A stretch of DNA of 64,000 bases from Podospora anserina. Its lineage: Eukaryota. The position numbers were made by a program, and so were the translations under genes. The DNA is taken from the NCBI GenBank assembly GCA_017654855.1, contig CM030333.1, forward strand, positions 1,116,001-1,180,000. Direction: 5' to 3'. Below, piece after piece: positions 12,466-25,387 of the stretch. The notes beneath the pieces are model-generated. The model did not search any database and was not told where the DNA came from. It was given only the letters and a program-made list of their open reading frames with translations. Within the stretch, counting starts at the first letter, position 1. Each line of letters opens with the position of its first letter.

Positions 12466-14053
12466 ATGGCCCTCCCGATACAAGATCTTCCTGCCTGGGC
12501 CCGCCTCAACGATGTCTCCTTCGACAATGTCGAGGTAACCACCACCGTGGACAAGGGATACGGCGTGGTCAGCCAAAAGGACCTCGCTGCCCCTGAAGGC
12601 ACCGTCGAGACCCCACAGCTGCTCGCCGTCCCTCACGACCTCATCCTCAACTCTCTGGCTGTCGAGGAACACGCAAAAGAAGACAAAGAGTTCAAACAGC
12701 TCCTAGAAGCCGTCGGACACCATGTAACCGTGATCCCCAAAACTTGACCTTCTGACACAGACGGCTGACAATAACGTAGCCACCCCGCGTCAACGTTCTG
12801 CTCTTCCTGCTTGTTCAGTTAGCGCGGAACTCCAGTCACGCCCATGTGGGTGTTTCCAATCCATGGACTCAGTACTTGCAGTTCCTGCCCAAGACAGTCT
12901 TGCTGCCTACCGTCTGGACCGAGGACGAAAGGCCACTGTTGAAAGGCACCTCACTGGAGGTGGCTGTGGGAGCAAAACTCAGAGCCCTCGACAATGAGTT
13001 TGAAATGATCCGAGAAGCCTCGTCTGATATCCCTTACTGGAACGGCCTTCTTTGGCACAGTGGCGCCGTCTCGCTCAAAGACTGGGTGCATCTCGACGCC
13101 CTCTATCGATCAAGATGCCTGGAGCTTCCCAAATCCGGAGAGTCAATGGTCCCCTGCATCGACATGATCAACCATTCGTCCGACCCAAGTGCCTACTACG
13201 ACCAAAACTCCGACTACGAGGCAGTACTGTTACTTCGCCCGGGAGCGAGCATGTCCAAGGGTCAGGAAGTAACCATCAGTTACGGCGACACCAAGTCTGC
13301 AGCTGAGATGCTCTTTAGCTACGGCTTCATCGACCCCGAATCGACGTCCGAGAGCCTGGTACTCCCTCTGGCACCCTTTCCCGACGACCCATTGGCCAAG
13401 GCGAAGCTTGTCGCGTTTGGGAAAGCGCCCAAAGTCCACGTGGCTCGGGAGAGCGGCAGCATCCGGTGGGACAGCAATTTTGCATATCTCAAGTGTGTCA
13501 ACGAGGAGGACGGCCTGGACTTTCGCATCCTGCAGGACAACGAGGGAAACCAGCAGCTGCGCGTTTTCTGGCAAGATGAAGACGTTACAGATCAGATTTC
13601 CGAGTTCCAAAAACTAGTAGCCCAAACTCACCCCCTCCCCGAAGTCCTCAGACTTCGAGTTGCCGTCTCAGTTCAGGAGAACCTTGAGATCCATCTTGAG
13701 CAGCTCAAGTCGGAGCTTCCCCGCCACGACTCTTCGACAGTCAGAGAAGAATGTCTCAAGCATGGTCTGCTGCTCCGACAGATCGAAACGAGTCTATTGG
13801 AAGATGCCATCCAAGCGTTGGAACAAGAGGTGCGTCTCATTGCTTCCCTACCTGCAACATGGTGGTGATGGTGGTCTGGGAGAGCCAAGCTCACCGGCTA
13901 TGGTAACCAATCGGGGCAGCTGCTAACACGGTCATGCAGAAAAACTCGCTACTGGAAGCCGAAAACGTGGTGGCTTATCTCGGATCGATGGAGACTTCCA
14001 ATTCGGACCTAGTCGGCGAAGAGGCGTCCAATGAGGCCGACGACTTCAGCTAA
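12466..14053 (+). CDS. SET-domain protein lysine methyltransferase (Rubisco LSMT/SETD6-like class)
   Basis: Exons 12466-12723, 12780-13829, 13940-14053. Motifs: KGYGVV, PCIDMINHS, GQEVTISYG, EMLFSYGF. Confidence 0.88.
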
Positions 14054-16198
14054 TGGTTGCAGACGTACATCATCCTCCTGCTTCTTTCTGAGTGGTGTGT
14101 GGCCTCTGCAACATTCGTATGTCAACCGCCGTAGAATGGTTTTGGCTTCTTGAGACGCGGCCTTACCGCACCAATCTCAGCATGGTTCACTTTTTGACAA
14201 ATTCTTTCCACATATGCCGCTTTCTTTTTTGCACAGAATGCAGAGCTGCTTGAGCTATTGCGCAGATCGCTACCTCTACGGAGTTGGCGAGAGTCAGCCT
14301 AGAGGGACTACATTGACTAACAAGGCAAAAGGTTCCTCATTGTCTCAGATGCAGCTTGGCTAAGGTCTCTTCAGCAAACTCGGCATAGGTTCTAATCTCG
14401 GATTCAGCATCCCGACAGTTCACGGACGCTATAGAAAGCTCTGGTTATTCTTGGAAGGATTTTGGAAGCGACAACAGCCAGAACAACGCTACCAAAAAGA
14501 CAAGCTCAACACCAGCCCCCAACCGCCGCTATCAACAAGGTGTGCCTGGCGGTCAGGACTCTTGTCATGCACAGCAGGCGTGGTTCGGCCCTGTCACCCC
14601 GGTGAGGACACGGCAGGAGAGCTTCTGGAAAAATCGGACGCATTTTCTACAGCAAGGCACCTTTGGCTTCAATTTATTGACACACTCAAGGGTCGAATGC
14701 AGCCGCCTGCCATAAGAAAAAACAATCTCCACACGACATGGGGTATTTTGCCGGAAAGTCGATCTCAAAAAGAAGGCCACAACTATCCCCCAAATGCGGG
14801 GAAATCTTGGGACCCTCGCGAAGAACCGGACCTGTAACGGCTTTGATGCTCCCTCAGCCTTGGGGTTCTTTTTGTTAGTGTGGGGATGACGTTTAAACCG
14901 AAGCGCCGAATGGAATGGTTCAAACAGAAAGCTTCTTAATGCGCTAGTTGGGGATTGTTAAAATGTATGTAAGCGGTTGTTGTACAATCGACCGACTTGA
15001 AGATATATCGCCGACCTGTTATCCAATTCCATCATTCGAATGAAACAAGCCCGGCAGGGTTAACCATGGAGTGTTTGCCGGCTGATCGTTTGGAAAGAGA
15101 CTTGATCATCGCTGTTTCAACCTGAGAAGAAGCTCATCTGTCAAGTTCCAAAGCGGGGGGAGATTCAAGGCTTCTGTTTTCAAGGCATAGGTATTTGGGA
15201 TTGGTTTGGGGTATTCGTACTTGGCTACGACACACAAGTCCTATGTCTCCAGGATAATAATCCCCTCTTTCGGACATCTTGTGCTGATATTAACAGGCAC
15301 ACAGACTTGGTCACCGTTCACCGTGGCCTTTTGATCACCGCCTCGGGTGGCAAAGAGCGAAGCTGCTTGCAGTATTGCATGCTGATGCTGTGTGGCCATA
15401 GCTGTCATCACGCATGCTGTCGTCGTTATGATGAGCTTGACGAGGCTGGTCACACAGACGACAGCGATCGTGACGAGGTCCGCCTGCTCTCTCGCACTTG
15501 TCCCAACAAACAGTCTGGCAACTGCACAGAAACCTGGTCGGTAGTATCCCATCGTCGCAACGCCCAGGAACTTCGCAACGGCGGGTTGTGTCTGCCAAGA
15601 GAAGGCGTCCCACTTTCCAACTTTTGGTCTGCCGAAGTGCTCATCAACAGTTGCAGTGGTGATCGCCAGCGTTTTCCAGTCTCTGCCAGTGAGAGTGGCC
15701 GACGTTAGCCTCAAAGTAGCAAAGGACAGCCAGTTGGAAAGTGGCAGAAAGGTTGTTAGGGCGTGGTTGGCAAAGTCTTGGGAGCTGTGTTCACCGTCCA
15801 TGCCGCGCATTGTTTTCGGTGGCCATGGTTTTGCCATTGCCCATCACTTACCCCGGAACCTGCCAGAGCTGCTTACCATTTTGCCATGCGGCGTCCTCGT
15901 GATGCAGGACGGAGAAGGCCCCGGTTTCTGGGCTGACGGTAAGCGTACCATGGACACGCTTCTCCATGATGCCATCATCACCTGGGTGGCCTATCTGAGC
16001 CCTTCTCGAGCATTGAAATGACGAGTTTGAACGGATCTAGCCCCGTGGCCGACACAGCGAGTGACAGAAGAGGGTGGTGCCATTTTCTGGTCTGGCACTT
16101 TCGAGTGGGTGTGGTCATCAGGAACAGGGGAATCTGTTTCCCCAGACTCAGTACGGAGCAGTGCTAGCCCGTTAACTCTCAGCTAACGCAATAGCCTC

Positions 16199-16226
16199 CC
16201 CCCAGTGAGCAACCCCCAGTGAGCAA
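16199..16226. repeat. Perfect 14-bp tandem duplication (CCCCCAGTGAGCAA x2) upstream of facB
   Basis: Units at 16199-16212 and 16213-16226, read directly from the sequence. Confidence 0.85.
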
Positions 16227-17112
16227 CCCCCCATCCCCCCTGCTCACCCCGGATTCCCCTCCATGTCCTGCTGGACCGTGATTGGGGCTTTGAGGGCTGG
16301 GCGACGTTGGCAGGCCAGCCATCCAATGATTTGTCTGGATTTCCAACCCCTACAACCCTGCCACGCCGCTCCGGCCAAGGGTGCGCCCGGTTGCGAGTGC
16401 TGACCGACCGTTTCCATTTTTTCTCCGCAGATTCAATCGCATTTGGACTGGGCCAAGGTCGACCAGAGCCAGAGAGACCAGACTCCGCGTGGGCCGAAGT
16501 CCCCAACGTGCCAGCGGACGAGGGCCTGCAGCTTGGCTGTCCACGGCGCCTTTCCCTTTTTTCCCTCACCTCCCGGGCACACACACTCGTCCTGGCTTAT
16601 CATCCCCCGTTCCGACTCTGGGCAGGGCATGTTGTCATTCATATTAAACCCACCCGCCCCGCCTGTCACGTTTCCCAATTCCCCCCTCTCGAATATAGAT
16701 TTGCCTCTTTTTACTCTAGAATTCAAAATCTTTTGTCTGGTCCATCCATCAGTCAGTCCATGGTAAACGAGACACCTGCACTACGACGACAAAGCCACGG
16801 GGTCCGAGACAGCTGGTGAGGTCTACCCTGCTACTGATCGCATCGCCCGCATCTCCCGTTCAGCCATTCCGCGCCGCCCGCAGCCCGATACCACCGCCAC
16901 CACCACTTCTACTCTCAGCAAAAAAAAAAAATCATACCGCGACGTTTTTTTTTTGTTGTGTAACGGTATCACTGTGCGAATGAGAGGATATCGATAGGCT
17001 ATTTATTTTTGTTGTTGAAGGAAGAAAGAACGAAAAGAAGAAGCAAACGAATTCAGGGGTTATTTTTTGTCGACCAAAACACAGACAGCAAGCAATCAAC
17101 AAGACCGCCAAA

Positions 17113-20043
17113 ATGCCAGGAATTCTGCCTATGAAGGTCATCAAGGTGGGCACGAGCTCCCAGAGCCGTATCGCCCAGGCCTGCGACAGATGCCGCAGCA
17201 AGAAGATTCGCTGCGATGGCATTCGCCCTTGCTGCTCGCAGTGCGCCAATGTTGGCTTTGAATGCCGCACCAGCGACAAGCTCAGCCGTCGTGCCTTTCC
17301 AAGAGGCTACACCGAGTCGCTCGAGGAGCGCGTCCGCGCCTTGGAGTCGGAGGTTAGGGAGTTGAAGGATCTGTTGGACGAGAAGGATGAGAAGATCGAC
17401 ATGTTGTCCAAGATGCACAGCAACCGACGGTCACCGGCGGAATCACCACATAGATCACCACCGCCAACTAGTGTGAGACTGGAGTCTAGCCCACCACCAA
17501 GGGAAGATACCTTCCGTGTTCAGGCCTCGCCGTTGCTGCTCGGTGTTGAGAATTCGGATTCGTACTTCATGGGCGCGTCGAGCGGGCGGAGCTTCATTGG
17601 TTTGTCGCCGTCTTTGAGCAGACTCGCTTTCTTGCCATGTTTTGCTAACATGCCATCCAGAATCATGCAAGAGGAAGATGCAGGAGAATGGCAAGTCGTG
17701 TGCCGATTTCAATCCAGAAGCGTTTTTGCACATCCAGGGGTGCTATCCTCTCGCACAAAAACAACCATCGCCGCAGATGAGGGTTCCTCCACGGTTGTTC
17801 ACCGACCGCTGCGTCAATGTTTACTTCCAGGAGTGGTCGCCCCTTTTCCCGGTCCTCCACAAGCCGACTTTTCTTCGCGTCTACGAGGAGTTTGTGGCGG
17901 ACCCGGATAAGATCAAGAACAACCACAAGCTTGCGCAGCTGTACTTGGTCTTTGCGATCGCCGCGCTGTCGAGTGAACAACCAGATCTCGAGCAGATCGC
18001 GGCGTGTGAGCAGCAGTGGCAGCGGGCCCTCGAGGCGATTCTCATGGATAATACCATGGTGACGCTTCAGTGCCTGTTGCTTGCTCTCATGTACTGCACC
18101 ATTCGGGCTGACTACAAGAGGCTCCAGCACTACAAGGGCATTGCTGTTGGTTTGTCGCACCGGTTGGGACTCCACCAGAGCCAGAAACGGTTCTCGTTTG
18201 GTGTCTTGACAATCGAGACCCGTAAGAAGGTCTTTTGGTCGCTTTATATGCTTGATTGGTATGTTCATCCGTCTTTCAATTCGCTCACAAGCACGTCACT
18301 GACCGGTCATAGCTTCTCTGCTGCCCTGCTCGGCCTCCCCAAGCTCCTCAAGGAAGAGGACATCCACTGCGAGTTCCCATCCGACACAGACGACGAATAC
18401 GTCACGGAGAAGGGGTTCCAGCCGAGCCTTCCTGGCGAGGCGACCCGTTTGTCCAACGCGCTCGCCCTCTTCCGGGGATCCCGAGTGCTCGCAAAGGTGC
18501 TCGAGAAGATTTACCCTTCGGCCACCTCGCACGACCTGTCTCTCCAGCAAATGTCCGCTCTCGAGGCTGAGCTGGACGAGTGGTACAACAACCTGCCCCA
18601 GCACCTCAAACTCACCTTCAAGCAGGACAAGCCCTCGACCGACGTGACAGGCAGCCGGTCCCCTATCCTTGTAAGTTAGCGGACACTGCAAAATCCGATA
18701 CCGCGTCGGTGCTCCACCGGTGCTAACCAGGTATCCAGGCCCTTGCATACTACTACATCCGAACCCTGATTTACCGCCCCGCAGTGACGTCTAGCCTGGG
18801 GCCCAAGGCGGCCCCGGCGCTGCTGTCGGTCGGCGAGTCGAGCAAGTGCATTATTCAGATTATTCAGCTGCTCGAGGAGCGGAGCCTGAGCTTTTCGTTT
18901 TGCCTGAACAAGTACGACACGCTTATTCTCTGTGGCATGGTTTTGCTTTTTCAGACGTTGGACCTCAAGCCGGACAGCAAGGTGTTGAAAGACCACGAGA
19001 AGCTGGTCAACGCGGTGATCAAGGTGGTGGATAGGGCAAAAGCCCCGGGGTGCTATGACTTCAAGAGGGTGGCAGGGATGTTGATCGCGGTGGAGGAGCC
19101 GCCGGCGGTGGTGGTGCCAGCAGCAGCAACGTCGCCCCCGCAGAGTTTGCCGACCCCGCCGAGGCAAAGCCCGGATTGTGCTGCTGCTCCGCATCAGTTG
19201 GGTCAGCAGCAACACCGAGCTTCACCCGGGGCTGCTCCGTCGCCGACGACGATCCACAAGACCATCAACAACAACAGTCAGCGGCACAGCATGAGCGAGA
19301 CGGACCTGAGGATGCAACAGGAGAAGTTGAGAAGAATCTCCATGCCGCAACCGCAACTGCAACAACACATCCAGCAAGCTCGGGATTTTTCCTCACGGGC
19401 CCAAAGGGCGTCGTTTGACGGAGCAAGACCGCCGAATGTGCCTCTTCTTCAGAGAGATCAAAGGCTTAGCATGAGCAGCAGCCATGCGCACCACCCTCAC
19501 AACATGATGGCACGGATCTCGACGCCGTCGTCGCCCGTGCAGGCCCGTCCTCCGCCGCAGAGCCTGATAAGCCAGGCGCAGATCTTTGCGCAGATGCAGA
19601 AGCACTCTGGGGCCAGCACGTCGGAGTGGCAGGCGCTGCTGACGAGCATTGAGGGGGATCATCTGAATGTGTATGATGCTATTTATGGGGGGCCGGGGTT
19701 GAGCATGGCTACTGCTGGAGACGCGAGTCCTGTGAGTGTGAGTGCTACTTCCGTGCCGACGGCGGGGGGGTGGTCGCCTGAGAGTTGGGATGTGACGGGG
19801 TTTAATTTGGGGGATTTCGGTGGGGGACAAAACGGTGGTGGGCATGGGACGGCGCAGAGTGTGTTGAGTTTGCCGAGCGAGGATAGTTTGAGTTGTAGTG
19901 AGGCTGAGATGGGCGGGCCGCCGGGGGGGGGGATGAGGTTGGATGGGTTGGGGGATTTTGGGAGGGGGGGTTTGATGGGAGGGGGGGGTTGTTCGGTTGC
20001 TGGGGAGGGGTATTTGGTTGATGGGTTGGAGTTTGGAATCTGA
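17113..20043 (+). CDS. facB: Zn2Cys6 acetate-utilisation transcriptional activator (FacB/Acu-15/Cat8 orthologue)
   Basis: N-terminus [65 protein letters not shown] is characteristic of FacB/Acu-15. Introns 17600-17660, 18259-18312 and 18671-18738 give one frame through a Fungal_trans domain. Confidence 0.93.
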
Positions 20044-21543
20044 TATATAGGTATCTTGACTTTTTGACGAGTTTCAAGGGCGTGGAGTATTGGAGTTGGG
20101 TTTGGTATTTATTCTCGGTTGGGGGGCGAGGGACCTGGAATTGGGCTTGGATACCGACGGTACCGGCTGGAGTCTTCGATTGTCATTCATCATCGGGTGG
20201 TATTTGGTTCTATGATGACAGGTTGCAAAGCTTGCATTTGTTGGGTCTTTTTCGGTGGGGGGATGGGGGGATGGTGGTGTTTATATTAACGCTCGCTTTT
20301 TTTTTTTTTTTTTTTTTTTTTTTGAGCGGATGGATATTATTGTCTTTTCTGAGGATTCTTGGGGTTTATATGGTTCAACATATGATTATTTTAGTTACAG
20401 ACGGATTTTTGGACAGTTAGTATAGCGGGATTTTAGCTATCAATGAATGGAGTCAAAAGTATTCATACACATCCAGTTGTGATCGATCATGGTAGAGGTT
20501 GAGTTGAGCTTCCCCCTTGAGACATGCGTCGAGTGTTTTAAGACACCAAGAACACCAAGACATGGACAAGAATGGTCTGGTCTCCGATAAGAAATCCGAA
20601 TAGCCTCTTCCCTTTGGCGGTGCATTTACGATAGCCGCCAGAGCCCAAGCCCTGTGGGCATCGTTGCGCACCTTGCCTAATCCATCTCACGCGACAGGGT
20701 GACAGGTCGCCATCAGACCACCGCTGATGAGCACATTTTTGATCGGAGAGAGATTTAGTCAGCTCGGGGCTAGTAACTTTAGCGGGGATCCATAAAAGAT
20801 GCCAGCCGGGGGTTCTCGTTCGGGATGCTCGCTGTTTGGGAATTCTTGTTGGGATTCGGGGATCTGTTGTGGTGTGGAGAGATCAGGGTTTGCGAGTCAG
20901 TTACCTGCAGGTTGGATCTGGGGGATGGGAGGAAGACCCAGAAGGGCCGGGAAGGGAGGGGGGTGAGGGAGGTCCACATTCTTATTCGGAATACCGAAGG
21001 ATGGATAAGCCTTGATGATTGATGGTCGTTTGCTAACACTACGATGTGGCCGGGGGATCGTGACTGGTGGCATGGGGCCTGGCTTTTAGGTGGTGGTTAT
21101 GCTACGTGGTCTGTTTGATGAAATGAGGGGAGAGTTCGTGGTGGATTATTGTGTTGGTGTGTGTGGGGAGAGCGAGCTTGAACAGCTGATGACGATAGGA
21201 GTGACGAGGACAGGTGCTGCCATGGAAAACCCTACACGGGAAACAGCTGAATGCCGATGCTGGGAAGCACCCAAAACGAGTTTGCCTCCCCCTTTTTGGC
21301 CAATTTTATGGAATCTGGGGTTTGTGTGGGCACGTGGGGAAGGAGGAGGTTTCGGACGAGGTTGTTGGAGTCTGGACGGAGAAACAGGTACCGTGGGTTT
21401 GATACAGGCTTCTTCCATGGGATGTCGGGAGGGATATGAAGTTGGGCGTTGTACAGTATGATCACTTTCTCGTGTTGACATGGAGTGAGTATAATCGTTA
21501 CGTCTGTTGATTGCCCTCGTGACCAATCTATCAAGAAAGAAAA

Positions 21544-21945
21544 GAGAAATTCTAGGGGGGCCATTACCTTTTTTCTAGGGGGGCATTACCCCCCATACCA
21601 CAACGTATTTTTCTCATTACATCCATTTATTTCCACTATGACCAATATCGAAGTGAATTTTTTGCCTTACAAATTACAGTATATACTTTATGTTTAAAAA
21701 TGTTGTGGTTAATATACTACCGTAGTGTTAATGCCCGATACCTACGCCCCAATACAAGCCTTCCACCTCAAACCACCTACCCCCAGGCCTTCAATTGTCG
21801 GGCCTTCATTTGCAAGTCGTGAGCGTTGATGTGGTTGATGATGTGGTTGATTATGATGTGCGAGGCTCAGGGACCATATATAACCCTAAACCCATGGGGG
21901 GTAATGCCCCCTAGAAAAAGGGTAATGCCCCCCCTAGAATTTCTC
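21544..21945. mobile_element. Non-autonomous DNA transposon (MITE), 402 bp, ~52-bp TIRs, 8-bp TSD
   Basis: Left TIR 21544-21596 GAGAAATTCTAGGGGGGCCATTACCTTTTTTCTAGGGGGGCATTACCCCCCAT is nearly the reverse complement of 21894-21945. AAAGAAAA flanks both sides (21536-21543, 21946-21953). No transposase-like ORF inside. Confidence 0.85.
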
Positions 21946-22991
21946 AAAGAAAAACATCGGTTGCAATATCGGAATGTGGGCGTTCTTCCGTCTCCTGCAC
22001 TGTACCTACATGCGTATATACGCCGTACATCGACGGACATATGCTGCGATGCGTCGACACATAAGCGACTCCAACAATTCTCTGCCGCTTTCTTGGAGGT
22101 AATCATCTGTAGTTGGCTCGTTTAAGCTGCGGTTGTACCGCATGGCTGGCTCGTCCACAATGTATGCCCGTCATGCGACGCAAATCCGATAGCCGTCTGC
22201 GACGCTGGACGGTAGGGTGAGCACCTTATTATAGAGTGTCAAAGATTTCAGGCTGAATAGGCTCGCCTCGCGAGCGGGTGTGACCTAAGTGTGCTTAAAG
22301 ATATTTTGGAGATGGGGTGACCAGAGGTTGGAGGCGAGTGTCGGTAGCAATGATCAGTGTGTCAGTCAACCCGCAAACTACCGAGATCTTTAGGGCATAG
22401 CTACCTAAGATCACCTCTTTGTAGCCTTCGGAGCATTCACCATAGTAGGATATGATACACATTACAGAACTTGGAAAAAGGATGCAAATCCCGCAAAAAT
22501 CCGATCTGATCTGATCTTGTTGTGCCCCGCCCTCCGGAAACCGGAACGCGTACCTAGCGCCAGATGGATGGAAGCGGCCGCAAAAACGGCGTGGAGGCGG
22601 CCATCGCACCGGGATTTAAGGTGGATACTAGGTCCGGTATCTCCGGCCGCTAACAGCGGTTGGGCGCAGTTGCACCAGCGGCGGAAGCTCCGCCTTGGCA
22701 GCTAAGACGAGTTGCCGCCGCCGGCTCGGGATCCACCAAGAACCCGCCCCGAATGCGACCGTGTTTCCTGCTGGCTGGGTATATACGACTCCACTTGCTT
22801 GCGACGACGACGAGGCGTGGATTACATCACTCTGGATATACTTCAAGACTTCACAGTTTCGGTATTGCTTTTGACGACGTGACGTTGAACTAGAGTTCAG
22901 CTGCCAACTGCAATTCACTCAACCGGTCTCATCTGATCAGCTTACACCACATCTCACCATCAACCAGCACACTACAACCCCCTTGAGCAAC

Positions 22992-24076
22992 ATGACAGCA
23001 GAAGAGATCCTCAACGACAACACTAAACCCCCATCCCCCTTCCCCCTCGAGAAACCCCCAACCCACCACCATTCCAACCACCACGCCGCGAAACCAACCC
23101 CCCAAATCATCGCCCACCGCGGCTACAAAGCCCTCTACCCAGAAAACTCCATGCTTGCCATCCAAGAAGCCATAAAAGCAGGCGCCCACGCCATCGAGAC
23201 AGACGTTCACGAATCAAAAGATGGAGTCGTAGTTCTATCCCACGTACGTCTCACCCCCCATCCCCTTCCACAACAACACTAACCCCCCTTTAGGACCCAA
23301 CCCTAAACCGCTGCTTCTCCCTCCCCCCCAAAATCTCCACCTGCACCTGGCCCTACCTCTCCACCCTCCGTACCACCCCCCCCCCTCACGTCCCCTTAGC
23401 TCGCCTCTCCGATTTGTTAAACTACCTCTCAACCCCCGATCTGTCCCACATTTGGGTATTGCTAGACATCAAAACAGACGACGACCCCAACCTCACACTT
23501 GTGCCCTCCATCGCAGCCACTATCGCCTCGAACCCACCGCCAGAAGGAGCCTCCTGGACGTGGCAGGAGAGGATTGTGCTTGGGGGGTGGAATGAGAATT
23601 ACTTGAGCGCGTTGGGGGAGGAGCTCCCTGGTTTCAGGAGGGCGTATATTGGCTTCTCGCTGCTGTATGCAAAGAGGTTTTTGGACGATGAGAAATGGGC
23701 GGGGGTGCAGTTTAATCTGTTGCAGCAGGCGGTTGTGGGGCCGGTTGGGAGGGGATTTGTGCAGAGGGTGAGAAGGGCGAGGACAGAGAGGAGGTTGTGG
23801 GTCTGGACGGTGAATGATGAACGGTGGATGAGGTGGGCGTGGAGGAAGGGGGTGGATGGGGTTGTGACGGATGAGGTTGGGTTGTTGAAGAGGGTGCTGG
23901 ATGGGGATGAGGACAGGGGGAGGGGGAAGGGGGTGACGGTGGGGATGTATATCAAGGCGGCGATGATACAGGCTTTGACGTTGGTTTTGGTGGTGGTTAT
24001 ATGGGGAAGGTTGAGGAAGGTGGGGAGGGTAATTGGGGGGGAGGTGAAGAGGGAGCAGGCGAAGGGGAAGAATTGA
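22992..24076 (+). CDS. Glycerophosphodiester phosphodiesterase family protein (Pgc1-like), C-terminal membrane anchor
   Basis: Motifs IIAHRG..PENS..AIETDVH..DG..VLSH|DP across intron 23244-23293, then LLDIK and [14 protein letters not shown], followed by a hydrophobic tail. Confidence 0.9.
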
Positions 24077-24760
24077 TTTGAAAGGTGGTTTGTCAAGAGT
24101 TTGTGCTGGAAAGGGTGTCCATTCTGGGGGTGGGGCATATAACAAGGATACTTATCTGGGACCGGCGGGCTGGTTTCTTTGCGGGGGCCATCACAGCCCT
24201 ATTGACCCGTAAACAGGGCGTGATGGATACGTTTGTTTCGAGATGGGAGGGTCAGGGAGTTTTATGAGGATAATTCAGTAGTCATAGCGTGCGGGTGAGC
24301 GGGATCGTGTGGGCGGTTATGGAGATTCGGGGTTGGGTGGGATTCCATTGATTAGTTATGATACGGAGCTGTACACAGCGAGTGTTTCGAGTCCTCCAAC
24401 GTTGTTTTGTGTTGGAGGCCATCCTGATAGATGTAATCTTTAATCTCATCTATTGAACCATCAAGGTGTCTGAGCAGGGGCGAGTGACAGCATGCTGAAA
24501 CTGAGCGGTGACTTAGACAGGCAGTGTTGGCAGCCTTGCTTCAAAGAAATAAGATGGAATGGTTTCAACAATGGTGTATAACAAACGCAAAAGGCGGACA
24601 CTTTCCATTCGAGTCTCAGGTGTCCAAGGTTCAAGTAGAAAAGCGCAGCCATTCCTGCTACATTTTACCAGTGGACATCAAAAAGAAGCCATTCACGAAC
24701 CCAGCCCCTATTTTGACCATCACTCGAATCTTGTAATATTCTCTAACTTAGTTTCCCAAC

Positions 24761-25387
24761 ATGAAACCGTTCTCCTTTTCGAGGGGTCCCAGAACGCAAA
24801 CATGCATTGCGAAGTCTACGACCTCTGACGAGAAGCTGTGCGGGTTGCCTGCGGTGGAAGAGGGAAGTCTTTGCCGCAACCATAGATGGTAAGTCGCCGT
24901 ATTGCAATCCCCGGATCGCTGCAGAAAGGCCTTGCTACTAACAACCTTCAGTGCCTTCAGGAGAACAGACAAGAATGTCGACGGTGGCCGTTGCGCTCGG
25001 GAGATCCCCTGGTACCGGTGTTATTGCAGAGCTCATCAGTACCAGGTGTACAAGAACATGCAAGTGAAGGATGAGCTGGATCGCGGTGCTCGAGCTCAGC
25101 AAGCAGACGAGGCCCCGGGTCGTACAGCTAAGCAAACGAACGACGAGCGTAATCGCATATTCACCCCCCTGAAAAGCCACTTAGATCGCATATTTTCCCC
25201 CTTAGAAATCCACTTAACGGACGAGGAGCGAATGCGGGGATTTCGCTCGCAAATCTTGGGGGGCTGGAATCGCCCAGCTCAGGGTCAACAAACTCATGAG
25301 GGGCTGAGAGAAGTTTGCCTCCGCTGTTTCTTGGACAAGGCCCTCGATATATCCATCACAGGGGCCCCGCACCTTATCCTTCCTTGA
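24761..25387 (+). CDS. Hypothetical 187-aa protein with two tandem C-x11/13-C-x10-C-x2-H motifs
   Basis: ATG 24761 in CAAC-ATG context. Intron 24889-24951 (GTAAGT..CTAAC..CAG) joins exon 1 in frame to ORF 24902-25387, and the junction creates the first Cys of the second motif. Confidence 0.6.
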
